Positions 26,041 to 37,849 of a DNA stretch of 64,000 nucleotides are shown in pieces; position 1 is the stretch's first letter; each line of letters begins with the position of its first letter. A program made the position numbers and the translations under genes. The stretch spans positions 10,108,001 to 10,172,000 of the forward strand of contig NC_045697.1 of the NCBI RefSeq assembly GCF_009834535.1, read 5' to 3'. The notes under the pieces are model-generated. The model was not told the DNA's origin. It was given only the letters and a program-made list of their open reading frames with translations, and ran no database searches. The DNA is from Camelus ferus. Lineage: Eukaryota.

Positions 26041-28899
26041 GTTAGATATTCTGTGAGTGTTGATTGGATTGGTCTAGAGTGAACTAAGTTCAGTTGAAAA
26101 GTGAGGTAAGGCGGCAGGAAAACAAAAGTACAGGCTGGAAGGAAAAAATAAATCTGCCTAGGAAAGAATAAGGCCTTGACCTTGGCTGAGTGGCAGGTGA
26201 AAATTGAATCCAGATTTTTACTCTAAGCCAGCACTCCTCCCTTCAGTGTATGTTTCTACCCATCGTGTTTTGCCACTGCCTCTAGAATAAGTGTGAAAAT
26301 GACTGAGTGATAGGCACTCACAAGCTGTGGCTGCATCTGAGGTCTGAAAGATCAGGGAGACAATTTCAAAGGTTTGTTCTATCTGTGAAGAAGAGTTAGT
26401 CCAGGAAGATACAGAGTATAAGTTACCTGAGATGAGAAATAATAAAGAAAAACATCAAATATTGCAGAATGAAAAAAAATACTGAGACACTTTAATAATA
26501 TCTGAAACCTTACCATCAAACACTAAAGGTAATTGAAGGAAGTTGTGAATGACTCAGAAAAGGCAAATGTGAACACCCGTAAATTGTATCAGCACTTGGC
26601 CACATTAAGACAGGAAAATATGAGCACATCTATCTCTTTTGGGTGGCAAGAAACACATCCATTTCTAAGCTCTTTGACAGAGATTGTGTCAACCCAAAGA
26701 CCAGTGGATGAGAAAAGCCTCTTAAGAATTCATCGCTTGTATACAAATAAATGAACATCTCCAAAGGTGGCAGCCCTGAAATTAAGATTATAAGGACAGC
26801 TATTCTAGTTCAGCCTTTTAGAAGATCTCAGTGGGGAGTGTGGGGAGGTTCCTTTAAGTCAGATAGGCAGGGCTTCCTTACACGTGACAGTGGGTTGTTC
26901 TGTGATCTTATGCTAGGAGTGAACTAATGAAAGCATTTATCCTCTAGGATCTTTTTGCCAGTTCAAGTTCAAATGCAGTCATGCCGTTTTTTTTCCTTCC
27001 AATTCGTTCTCAGGATCCCACTTACTTTTATTAGCAGGTAGACTAGTCAAGGTCTAAATCCTCCCCTCCACGAATGATCTAAGAATTCTAGGGGCTTTCT
27101 TGGTTGGTTCCAATGGGATCATTCCTAATTCTAACCCAGGCAGAAAGTGAAAAACAAAACCTTTGATTGTCCACTCGCCCAGCTGATTTAGCCGCCACCA
27201 AACTGCTCCACTGTTGAACACTAACTGTGCAGAGTCTAAGACATGCTTGTCCGTTGGTAGGAGATGCTCTTGCTGACCCCGGTCTCACCCTCTTACTAAG
27301 CTTCAGTGTGACGACCCTTTCAATTCACCGTCATCTGTTCATCCACTGTTTCCCAAAGGATAGCTGCTATGGCAGAATGACAGAAAGAAGGCAAACTTCC
27401 AGCCTCATTCACATACACTGCCACTCCAAAATCCTTTAGGCCTGTTGGCCCAGAGCCCCACGTACCACCTGGCCAATTCCATTCTGTGGTCCACAGTGTC
27501 CTTTCTTCACAGCAGGCTTTGGACCAGGCCAACAACCCTGCTGTCAATGACTAATTTCCCTAAATTAACATTTTGGAGAGAAGGAGTTTGGTCCTTGGTG
27601 TTTTCCTTTCCAAAGGGCCCTGGATACTTTAAGCAAGTAACCTCAACCCCTCTCCAGCCAAGTGTCCCTGAGAGGAAAACCTTCCTCGAGCCACTGGCAA
27701 GTGCCTCCTTTTATGCACTAGAGAGAAGAGACACTTGAGTGGCTGCTCTCAATAACAACAAACATCTCCTTCAAGCTGACCTGGAGCTCTACCTCTGCGT
27801 ATGGGGTTCTGGCATTATTTTTTAAGCTCTAACTCACCAGGCACAAGATGAGAGAATATTAAGAACTGTGAGAAAACTCAGAAATGATCAAGGACAACCA
27901 TTGTATTTTGAGGATGAGAAAACAAACCCAGGGACTCTCTCTGATTAAGGTCCTACTCTAATTTCACCGAAAACTGTGCCTCACTTCTCTGCTCAAGGCA
28001 TGGTCTTCACTGCCCAGCGATGGCCTTCAGATTTTGAACAGCCAACAAATTCAAAAGACTGTTTCCTCCGGCTGGGAGGGTGGATAGCTAAGGCAAAATA
28101 AAGCTTATTGGAATGGGGAACCTGCCGATCTTCTTGATCACATTTGTGATTAATGCCCACTTCCCCAACTGGAAGCATTTCTTCCAATTTGCATTCTCAA
28201 TAGCTTGAGAAGAACATTGGGGACAGCAAGGTAAAAAGAAATTTGGGGTCACTTTATTTCCATAAATGACAGCATGAATCACACATTGCTGTTGCTAAGG
28301 AGATACATGAGGTTCCTATCAAAAGGACAAAGAGAAATTGATTGCACTGAAGATGAGTCGTCAGGGGGTTTGGAGAACCATTCTGCCTTTTGAGTTTGTT
28401 GTGATCAGCTCTCTATAGGAACAAAGACATTAGTCTTCCCTACAAATCCCCAATCATTTATCCATTCAGCAGAGAACAAAGAAAACATCAGCACGGGACT
28501 CATCACCCTCTTTCACTTTGCAGCACATAGGGTGAGGGGCCGTTCTCCTGCCGTATTTACCCGGAGTGGGGCCACTCTCCCTGGTATCCCACAAGACACA
28601 ATCCTCCGTCCAGAATCTGAAGATTCTGTATCGAAAATTCTCAAGTAGGAAAAGACTCTTTTCTCTCAGTTAATAACTAATTTCCAACCAGTGACTAATT
28701 TTTTTTCCTGTGACATCCACTCAGAGGAAAACAAATGAAGAGAGGATAACTTAAGTAAACAAATCTGAAAACGAGGCCACAACACACAGAGATGGAGGCG
28801 CCTCTACACTTAACGATCAAGGAAAGCAGGCACTTTAAGGTTTATCTCAAACAAAACCGTGATTTTAACTGGCCCGGATCGAGCCTCACCCAATGAATG

Positions 28900-29091
28900 A
28901 CTTCCAGGGCCTCTGGCTCTTTGGGACGAAAGGAGAGAATTATTTTTAGCACAACTATTTGGAAACCTCTGAGAACTTGGATCTGTTTTTCTGTCTGGTA
29001 CCAAAGCAAGTTTTTTCTCTGAGCTCTCATGAAAGATCCTCAGTCTCTTGTGGATTTAGAATTCTGGAGCAACCTACCATCCCAGAGCAAG
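28900..29091 (+). promoter_or_regulatory. C1QTNF7: Candidate promoter and 5' exon of C1QTNF7 (start approximate)
   Basis: The coding exon at 37604 starts with a splice acceptor, so an upstream exon must exist. This stretch lacks recognisable repeats, has a good donor AAG|gtatgg at 29091/29092, CCAAT at 28890-28894 and a forkhead-type AAGTAAACAAA at 28753-28763. This is inference without transcript data. Confidence 0.45.
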
Positions 29092-30107
29092 GTATGGTGT
29101 TTACTCTTTTTTTTTTTTAGAATTTTAGCAAATGTAGCTGCAACGTCCTGTGTCATTACGGTAGCTTTTGAGTTTATTAAACAGATGCCTCTGTAAGAAG
29201 AATCCATGAAACTGAAGACCTGGGTTCAAATCTCTGGTCTGACACTAGTTTTGTGACCATAGACAAGTCACCTGACTTCTCTGGATATTGGTTCCCTGTC
29301 CAACCTACTGCAAAAGGGTCTTTGGGAAGATGATATGGGCTTAACATTGCTCTGTGGACAACAAAATGTTTGACACATGTCAGGATTGATTACTGTTGGT
29401 GACATCCTATCCCTTTACCAAAAGCAGCCAAATCTTTATAAATCATGAACTGTTGACAAAAATAAATATTGATGGGTAATTATTTTCCTTCGTTCAACCT
29501 TTGATGAGCCTCTACTGTAGACCAGTCTTTGTCCTAAGTGTTGGTGACAGAGTTAACATCTGGGTGGAGAAAAAGCAATAGTTAGCCGTAACACAGTGTG
29601 CTCTGGTTCTGCAGGGTGTGGTAGTGACAGGAGAGGGGAAGGGAGTTCATGGCCAACAGGAGAAGCAGTTCTGAAGGGGAAAACTGGAGCCCCAAAGGCA
29701 GAGCTGAGGAAGCACCAACCAGAAAGCACTGGGATGTGAACACCTGAGGTCCCATCCTGTCTTGCCAGCAGTGCCACTCCTAGTGCAGCCAGAGAAGGAC
29801 AAAGCCTGCTGTTGTGAAATCTCTTCCCTGAAGGACAAGGCTGTGTCCCATTTTGGCTGCCATGGTTACCTATCCTCTTTCTAATCATTTCCAGGCCAAA
29901 CACATTTTCAACTTGAATTAGTAATTGAGGCCAGCCCTTTGTCATGAACATTCCAATTTCCCTCATGTGATGTAGGGGAAAACCCAAGGGTTTAGAGACC
30001 AAAGAGCTTGGTTCAAATCCTGCCTGTGCCATCTTTAGAGCTGGGTAGACTTGAGCCCTCAGACTCTCTGTTTTCTTATTTGTAAAGTGAAGGAACCAGC
30101 CCCTACT

Positions 30108-30150
30108 TCTTAAAAGTGGTGTGGGGAGTCTTAAAAGTGGTGTGGGGAGT
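30108..30150. repeat. Perfect 21-bp tandem duplication inside a MIR
   Basis: tcttaaaagtggtgtggggag repeated twice. Confidence 0.92.
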
Positions 30151-30224
30151 GAGAAATGGCATCTTTAGAGCACCTACCTCAGTAATAAGAATACTAATGT
30201 GTTCCATACATCCCAATTCATCTT

Positions 30225-32345
30225 TTTTTAGTTTTTTTTATTGTGGTAAAATATGCATAACAAAATTTGCCACTTTTAAGTCTATAGTCTCATGGCATGA
30301 GGTATATTCACAATGCTATACCACCATCACACCGTCACACCCCCATCCATCTCCAGAACTTTTCATCTTCTCCAGCTGAACCTCTGTCCTCATTAAACAC
30401 TAACTCCTCACCCCCCAACTGACCCCCAGCCCTTGGCAACCATGCTTCTATTTTTTGTCTCTACAGTTTTGACTATTCTGTATATATCAGATAGGTAGAA
30501 TCATACAACTTTTGTCCTTTTGTGACTGGCTTATTTCACTTGGCATTAAAGTCTTCAGGATGCATCCCTCTTGTAATATGTGTCAAAAATTTCTTCCTTT
30601 TGAAGGGTGTGTAATATTCCATTTATATATGTACCACATTTTGTTCATCCATTCATCTGTTGATGGACACTTTGGTTTCTTCCACCTTTTGGCTATTGTG
30701 AATAATGCTACTGTGAATATGGGGGTACACATATCCATTTGAGACCCTTCCTTCACTACTTTTGGGTATACTCGAATTGGAATTGCTGAATATATGGTAA
30801 TTCTCTATTAATTTTTTGAGGACTCACCATATTGTTTTGTACAGCAGCTGGACTATTTTACATTTACTTCAGCTACATTTAAATTTTTTTCAGCTTTATT
30901 GTGATATAATTGATATATAATATTGTGAGTGTTTAAGGTGTAAACCATGAAAATTTGGTACACATATGTATCGCAAAATTACCACAATAAGATTAGTTAA
31001 CACATCCATCACTTCACATAATTATCTTTTTTTGTATGATTAGTGAGAGCATTTAAGATCTCTCTCAGCAACTTTAAAGTATATGATACAGTATTATTAA
31101 TTACAGACACCATGCTGTACATTAGATCCCCGAGACATACTCATCTCGTAATGGAAGATCCTTTATTTGTACCCATTGATCAAAAGCTTGTTCCCCCACA
31201 CTTCAGCCCCTGGTAACCACCATTCTACTTTGTTTCTATGAGTTAGGCTTTTTAGATTTCACATGTAAGCAAGATCCTTTGTCTTCCTCTGTCTGATTTA
31301 TTTCACTTAGCATAATGCCTTCAAGCTTCATCCATGTTTTCACAATTGACAGAATTTCCTTCTTTTTAGTGGCTGAATAGCATTTCAGTGTGTATTATAT
31401 GTATAAATATATATTTACCACATTTTCCTTACCCATTCGTCTGTCAATGGAAACTTAAGCTGCTCCCATGTCTTGGCTATTGTGAATAATTCTGCAATGA
31501 ACATGGGAATTCAGATAGCTCTTCAAGGCAATGATTTTCATTTCCTTCAGATATATACTATGCAAAAGTGAGGCTGCTAGATCATATAGTAGTTCTGTTT
31601 TTAATTTCTTGAGGAATCTCAAGATTCCCTAGTGGCTGTACGGATTTATTTTCTCACCAACAGTGCGTAGTGTTCCTTTTCTCCACGTTCTTACCAAGAC
31701 TTGTTACCTCTTCTCTTCTTGATGACAGCCATGCTAACAGGTGGGGCCTCACTGTGGTTTGGATTTGCATTTCCCTGATGATTAGTGATGTTGAGCATCT
31801 CTCCATGTACCTACTGTCCACCTGTATGTCTCCTTTGGAAAAATGTCATTTCAGATATTTTGCCCATTTTAATTGGCTTATTTGGTTTTTACTATTGAGT
31901 TGTATGAGTTTTGTTCAATGTATTTTGGATATTAACCCCTTATCAGATACATGATTTGCAAATATTTTCCCCCAATCCATAGGTTGTCTTTTCATTCTGT
32001 TGACCATTTCTTTTGCTTTTAGTTTGATGTAGCCTGACTTGTCTATTTTTGCTTTTGTTGTTTATGCCTTTGGTGTCACGTCCAAAAAAACGGTTGCCAA
32101 GGCCAGGGTCATAGGGCTTTTTCCCTGTGTTCTTCCAGAGGTTTTATGTCTTGGGCCTTAGATTTAAGTCTTTAATACATTTTGAGCTCATTTCTGAGTG
32201 GTGTGAGATAGGGTTCCAGTTTCATTACATTGCATATGAATATCCAGTTTTGCCAACACCATTTTTTGAAGAGACTGTTTTTTGCCTGCTGAGTACTCTT
32301 AGCTCCCTTGTCAGGGAGTTGACCATGTATGCATGAGTTTATTTT
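30225..32345 (-). mobile_element. Two adjacent L1 3' fragments (about 30225-30865 and about 30885-32345)
   Basis: Two separate T-rich tails, each followed by reverse L1 3' UTR and ORF2 motifs (ggctattgtgaataat; tgatgttgagcat; aaccccttatcagatac). Confidence 0.88.
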
Positions 32346-33659
32346 ATTTTAAAATAAAGAAAAAACATGCTATTTACAAAAAGATCTCAAACTTGAATCT
32401 ATGCACTGATCTATTTAGTATTTCTCCAAATATTTTCCACAGCTAGTGCAGCAAAAACAAAGGTTTCTATGGCTTAAAAATCTTACAAAACACTGACACT
32501 ACATTTCTGCCCTACAGATTCAAAACACACATTAACATGAAGGCTTTGAAATCTACAGTACCACAAAGTAATTTTTTAAGTATGTTTTTAAGAAATTAAA
32601 GACCTGCTACTTTGTAATTCCTACAGAAAAATAGGAGAGTCATTTACAATTAACATCCAGGACAGATCTGTTCAAATTAACAATATTTCCAGAGCTTTGA
32701 TTGTCTAACTCCAAAGGAGCATATTCGTGGAAGAAATACATTTGAGCACACATTCTACATAAATTTGCATAATTCAATGCAATCCTTCAAAGTTCTTTGT
32801 ATGAGGAGTGACTGCTAATGTGCATGAGGTTTCTTTCTGTAGTTTTGAAAATGTTCTAAAATTAGATTAGAACATTAAATCGGTCAGTTTTATGATGTGC
32901 TAAGTTAAATCCCAAATAAGTTGTTTTAAAATGTTGTAATGTGTATAGAGCCATGACTCAGTTCATTCCAAGCCAAAATAACCAAACTCATTGTAAACCA
33001 GTCAGACAGCGGGTGAAGGATGGATTATTCAGTACAAGGTGTTGAAAATGTAAGGTGGATCCTTATCTCACACTTTTTATCAGAAAAATTCCAAGGCCTC
33101 AAGTTTGAAATGTTTTTAAAAAATGAAACAAAGAACTGAAAGTAGGAGAATTCTTTTTATCATCTCAAAGTGGGGAACGCCTAAACACAGTTGAACCTCA
33201 AAAAAAAAAAGTTTTCATGATAAAAATATTTTTAAAAACACATGTACAAAGTGAAAAAACAAACTGGGAAAAGTTATTTGCTGCTTCTGTCATGAACCAT
33301 AGTGCAAGGAGTATATATATGGAGATATATACAAATATTCATTGCACTGTGGTTTATAATAGCGCAAGAATAAAAATATCCCAAATGTCCATCAGTAGGG
33401 GACTAGTTATGATGGATGTTCTACAGCTACTAAAAAAAAAAAAAAAAATGAGGCAGCTCTGTCTGTATACTGATATGGAAAGATCTCTAAGCTAAGTGAA
33501 AAAGCAAAGTGCAAGAAGTTCATACAGTGTGCCAGAAGGACACACAAGAAATTAGCAACAGTGATTGTCTCTAGAGAGGAAACCTGGATGTCTGGGAGGT
33601 GGGAAAGAAGAAGAGATTTCCTTTCCACTGCATATCCTTTTTCAAAAAATTTTATGACT

Positions 33660-33921
33660 CCTAGTCTGTCCCTTCCCACATGGGAGTTCAGAATTTGTAG
33701 ATACTGACAGGTATATGCAGAATAGATAAACAAGATGATACTGTATAGCACAGGGAAATATATTCAAGATCTTGTGGTAGCTCACAGTGGAAAAAAAAGG
33801 TGACAATGAATATATGTATGTTCATGTATAACTGAAAAATTGTGCTCTACACTGGAAATTTGACACAACATTGTAATATGACTATAATTCAATTAAAAAG
33901 TAATAATAATAATAATAATAG
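33660..33921 (+). mobile_element. Short young L1 3' end with (TAA)n tail, inside an old L1M fragment
   Basis: Reverse complement of the 3' end of the L1 at 7048; approximate TSD aaaaaa(tt)ttatgact at 33644-33659 and 33922-33936. Confidence 0.85.
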
Positions 33922-34179
33922 AAAAAAATTATGACTGTGCATGTTTTATCTGTACAAAAAAAATAAACACTTTGACTACTCTAGACCATATGAAAGTAAA
34001 ACAACTCAAGCCCTTTATGTGTATTTCTCAAACACCACAAAAGGGACCTGTAGACCCCAGGAATATTTCTCTAAATCCTTTCTTTTCTCTTTCTTTTGTA
34101 ATATTCCCATATTCCATAATTTCTCTCTAGTTCTTTTTCCACAAAAATCACACCTTCCCCCCAAAAAAACTTCTCCCCA

Positions 34180-34735
34180 AGCCTGAATTTTTTTTGTGTC
34201 AAGCACTGTTCTAGGCTGTTGGAGATACCAAAGGCTTCTGCCCTCCTGGAGTTACATCCTATCAGGTACATGAATATAATATTTAAATAGCACAATAAAA
34301 ATAAGAATAATCTAGTAAGTTCGAGGCTGATGAGTAGACTGGAGAAGAGAAAAAAATAGAGCAGAATGAGGGAGGGTCAGGAATAGCAGCAGGTCATTCG
34401 CAATGTTGGGTAAGGAGGTGAGGGTTGGTTTTAATGAAGGGGCAGCATCTGAGCAAAGACATAAGCAGATGAGGGAGTGAGACATGTATGCATCTTGGAG
34501 AAGAGAGTTCTAGGCAGAGGGAAGAGCCAGTGTGAAGGTCCAAAGGCAGAGCATACCTGGCATCTTTGGGGAACATCCAGGATTCCAGTGACTGGAGCTG
34601 AGGACGTGGGAAGGAGATTAGAGGAAGATGAAGTCTGGGAGATGAGGAAGGTGTGCGACCAATCAAGTAGGGCCTTGAGGACCATGGACCATGAGGCTTC
34701 TGACTTTGAAATGAAATGAAAAACCTTTACAAAGT
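34180..34735 (+). mobile_element. L2 fragment
   Basis: Motifs aagcactgttctaggc, ttctaggcagagggaagagccagtgtgaaggtcc and ccagtgactggagc; boundaries approximate. Confidence 0.65.
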
Positions 34736-34907
34736 GATGCCACTGTAGTTTTCCATTGTAATCCACACCTGTTGTCATCTTGATGAACTGAGTCGCAAGC
34801 CTTGGCTGGCCACTCACCACCATACCATCATCACCTTGCTCCTCAGTTCTGATGAGGATTTTAATGGATAACCATTCTGAGTGTCTTTCAAAATCTTCTA
34901 ACTGGGG

Positions 34908-35069
34908 GAGAGGGGAGAGTATAGCTCAGTGGTAGAGTGCATGCCTATCATGCACAAGGTCTTGGGTTCAATCCCCAGTACCTCCATTAAAAATAAATAA
35001 ATAAACCTAATTATCTCCCCCTCAACAAAATTTTTAAAAATAAATAAATAAAATTAAAATAAAAATTAA
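34908..35069 (+). mobile_element. tRNA-Ala-derived SINE, Vic-1-like (camelid)
   Basis: Head gggagagtatagctcagtggtagagtgc...gggttcaatccccagtacctcca with A and B boxes, followed by aaataaataaacctaattatctcccc and an A-rich tail. Target-site duplication (TSD) aaaatcttc(t)aactgggg at 34890-34907 and 35070-35086. Confidence 0.88.
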
Positions 35070-35769
35070 AAAATCTTCAACTGGGGATGCTTTCAGTATT
35101 TATACTATGTACAGATCATTCTCCAGTGCATTTGTCAACGAAAGGCAACCCATTTGTTCAATGAGTGCATCTGTTTTGGTTGTTTTGATTTATTCCTTCT
35201 TTGAGCACCTTTTGGCCTGGCTGTTGGAAACATTAATATTCTTTTTTCTGAGCACATCTTTAAAATGTCTGCATCCTCTATCATCATAATCTTGACTCTT
35301 ATTACATGCTCCATCATAGACTGACCCGCACCTGTTGGCATGTGTGTTTCCAACATCTCCACCAATGTCTGAGATGTCACTGCCCAAAGCACTTTCTCTC
35401 CAGATCTCTTTAGTCCCACTTAGAACCAGCTCCTGGCCCCAGTTACAGCGTCTCATCCCATGCCTGGCTAAAAGCCTCCTTATACATATCTGTTCTCTTC
35501 TTTCAAATCCCTTCTCAAAGCCTCCTCTAATCAGTTGTTGTTCTTTTTTTCCCCAAGGGAGAACTAGCAATTTAATCATCATGTCTTGTTTTAACTGGCA
35601 GAGGATTGGATAAAAGATTCTTTCCATTTTCTTTCATCTGAGGCACCTTCAGAAGGGCTAGTATGTTTATCGGATCTGCTGGTAAAGAAAGTGCCTTAAT
35701 CCCAGTTGAGTAATGGGATAAGTAATTTTGAGTTTGTGCTCTATAAGTAGACAACAAAAATGTTCTCTT

Positions 35770-35772
<3 letters not shown>

Positions 35773-35803
<31 letters not shown>
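35773..35803. repeat. T31 homopolymer
   Basis: Direct count. Confidence 0.9.
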
Positions 35804-35804
<1 letters not shown>

Positions 35805-36641
35805 GTTTTATTGGAAGGGACAGGACGCTGGTAACATGGAGATTTGGTCAAGGATACAGAACCTATATTTGGATAAGTTGCTTCAGTTTTTCACTAATAA
35901 GATTTCTAGGAATCAGATGTATTTCAAATGACATGTGCACACTGTGTTTTTCTCAGTTTGTCATTCCAATGCTCTGGCAAATTTCTAGATCTAATTCCAA
36001 GATGTTGCAATTTCCCCCTGGGCGCCATAAAAGTGGTACAGTGTGCTGGCTAATTTTCTGGTGTGGCTGTCAGAACACACAGAAACTCCATCCAATTGCT
36101 TTTCCCACATGTTATAATTATTTCCTTTGGGCAAGTATGCACCAGGCATATACATCAAGCCTCGCACAGGTTTCTTATTAAAGCACAGGCCCAACCATGC
36201 AAAAACCACTCATTTACACCACCCCAGAACCACATATATACATTGTCACATCCTCGATGCTGGTAATCCTAAAGACCATTAGCCTAGAAAATTGTGTCCC
36301 CAGCCTATATGCCAAATGCCATGCTAATAAACGATCCATCACTCTCAGCTGCCCAGCTTTGTGGAGGGAAATACCAAATCTCATTGGATCACAGCTGAAG
36401 GGACCTGCTGCCTGCTTCACTCGGAGCACGTGGCTCTGTGCATGAATTAATTTCACTCAGCTCTTTAAGGGAACCCCAGTGCTAACAGATTAATGGGATA
36501 TCGTGGCATTGTATCCTGCAGGTTTTGAATTAAAGTTTGAGACACCCCCCTGACTCCGGACATGCAGAGTACTCCAATTACCACTAATTGGCATGACACA
36601 TGATTCTCATGTGAAAAACATGATTTTCCTGAAAATGTCAC

Positions 36642-36727
36642 TTCCTTTCTCTTGCTTTAAAAAGCCCGTGGTCGTTTCCTTAGAATTTATGGGCTTTTTA
36701 AAGCAAGAGAAAGGAAACGACCACGGG
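36642..36727. repeat. Two interleaved perfect inverted repeats (26 bp and 17 bp)
   Basis: 36642-36667 is the exact reverse complement of 36691-36716; 36665-36681 is the exact reverse complement of 36711-36727. Confidence 0.95.
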
Positions 36728-37167
36728 TGCATGCAAAGGTTAGCTACGAGGATGCCTACCTAGCACGGTGTTTACACTGGCAAGAAACTGGAAGCACATG
36801 TCTGTGACAGGGAACAGAGTACATAAAAAACAGCAGGACAAATGCAACAGTTTTTTAATCTTCTGAATACTTTTTGACATGGGAAGACGCTCATGACATA
36901 TTAAGTGAAAAAAGTTAAAGAGTTGCAGGAATGATATGATAGCAATTTTCTTCAGAGCACAGAAAAAGAGACCAGAAAGATGTAGACGTCAAAATGTAAA
37001 GAGTAATTACCTCTGGGTGTAGGAATAACATTAATGTTTATCCTATTCATTTGCATCTCTAATTTTCTTTCAAAAAATGGGCACTTTTTCAAAGAAAACA
37101 CATCTGTTTTCAAAAGTCCATCTTTGATTCCTGCAGGAAAAAAAATGCAATAAAGTGATTTATTTTG

Positions 37168-37358
37168 AGATAAACAACAAGTTCATACTTTCTAGCATAG
37201 TGAACTATATTCAATATCTTGTAGTAACTTATAGTGAAAAAGAATATGAAAACGAATATACGTATGTTCATGTGTGACTGAAGCATTGTGCTATACACCA
37301 GAAACTGACACAACATTGTAAACTGATTACACTTCAAAAGAAGATATGTATACCAAAA
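37168..37358 (+). mobile_element. Short L1 3' end, about 245 bp upstream of the C1QTNF7 acceptor
   Basis: Perfect 16-bp TSD aaagtgatttattttg at 37152-37167 and 37359-37374. Confidence 0.9.
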
Positions 37359-37611
37359 AAAGTGATTTATTTTGGAATATTTTAAATCAGTACTTCATCT
37401 CCACCCACCCTTGTGTGGGGCACTGAGAACTCTCCATCAATAACATGCTGATCCGGTGGAATAATGAGGGTGAACAGGGGTTTTAGACACGCGTGGAGAG
37501 GTGAGGGCTGGGGGGTATTGCTGCAAATGCCCTTTCTCATGTTCAGCTCTGCCAGAACTCCCACCTAAGAGAGTGCATTTATGTCCGTGTTTTTCTCTTC
37601 CAGAGCCAAAG

Positions 37612-37849
37612 ATGTTTGTCTTGCTCTATGTCACAAGTTTTGCCATTTGTGCAAGTGGACAGCCTCGCGGCCATCAGTTCAAAGGGGACAGCTACTCCCC
37701 CAAATACATCTGCAGCGTTCCTGGCTTACCCGGACCTCCAGGCCCCCCTGGCGCAAACGGCTCCCCGGGGCCCCATGGTCGGATCGGCCTCCCAGGACGA
37801 GACGGTAGAGACGGCAGGAAAGGAGAGAAAGGCGAAAAGGGGGCTGCAG
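37612..37849 (+). CDS. C1QTNF7: C1q/TNF-related protein 7 (CTRP7), first coding exon: signal peptide, variable region and first 14 Gly-X-Y triplets
   Basis: Acceptor ttttctcttccag ends at 37603, so the exon starts at 37604. ATG at 37612 (aagATGt) reads [79 protein letters not shown], which I recognise as the CTRP7 N-terminus. Donor CAG|gtaagg at 37849/37850, phase 1. 238 coding nt. Confidence 0.97.

Noticed and set aside
1..29000. Antisense lncRNA overlapping C1QTNF7
   Set aside because: I recall one being annotated in human, but its exons cannot be supported from this sequence alone.
842..30150. CRISPR-like or functional repeat arrays from the 19-21-bp duplications at 842, 10126 and 30108
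   Set aside because: They are isolated 2-2.5-copy slippage duplications without spacers, in mammalian DNA.
34912..34986. tRNA gene
   Set aside because: It has a SINE body, A-rich tail and TSD, and its stems and anticodon are degenerate, so it is a tRNA-derived SINE.
35773..35815. Processed retrocopy tail (T31 next to reverse-strand AATAAA)
   Set aside because: No TSD or recognisable mRNA body was found, and the signal is only about 3 nt from the tract; treated as a homopolymer expansion.
37501..37611. N-terminal extension of CTRP7 suggested by the ORF track
   Set aside because: It starts at GTG and reads through a polypyrimidine tract and AG acceptor, so it is intronic up to 37603.
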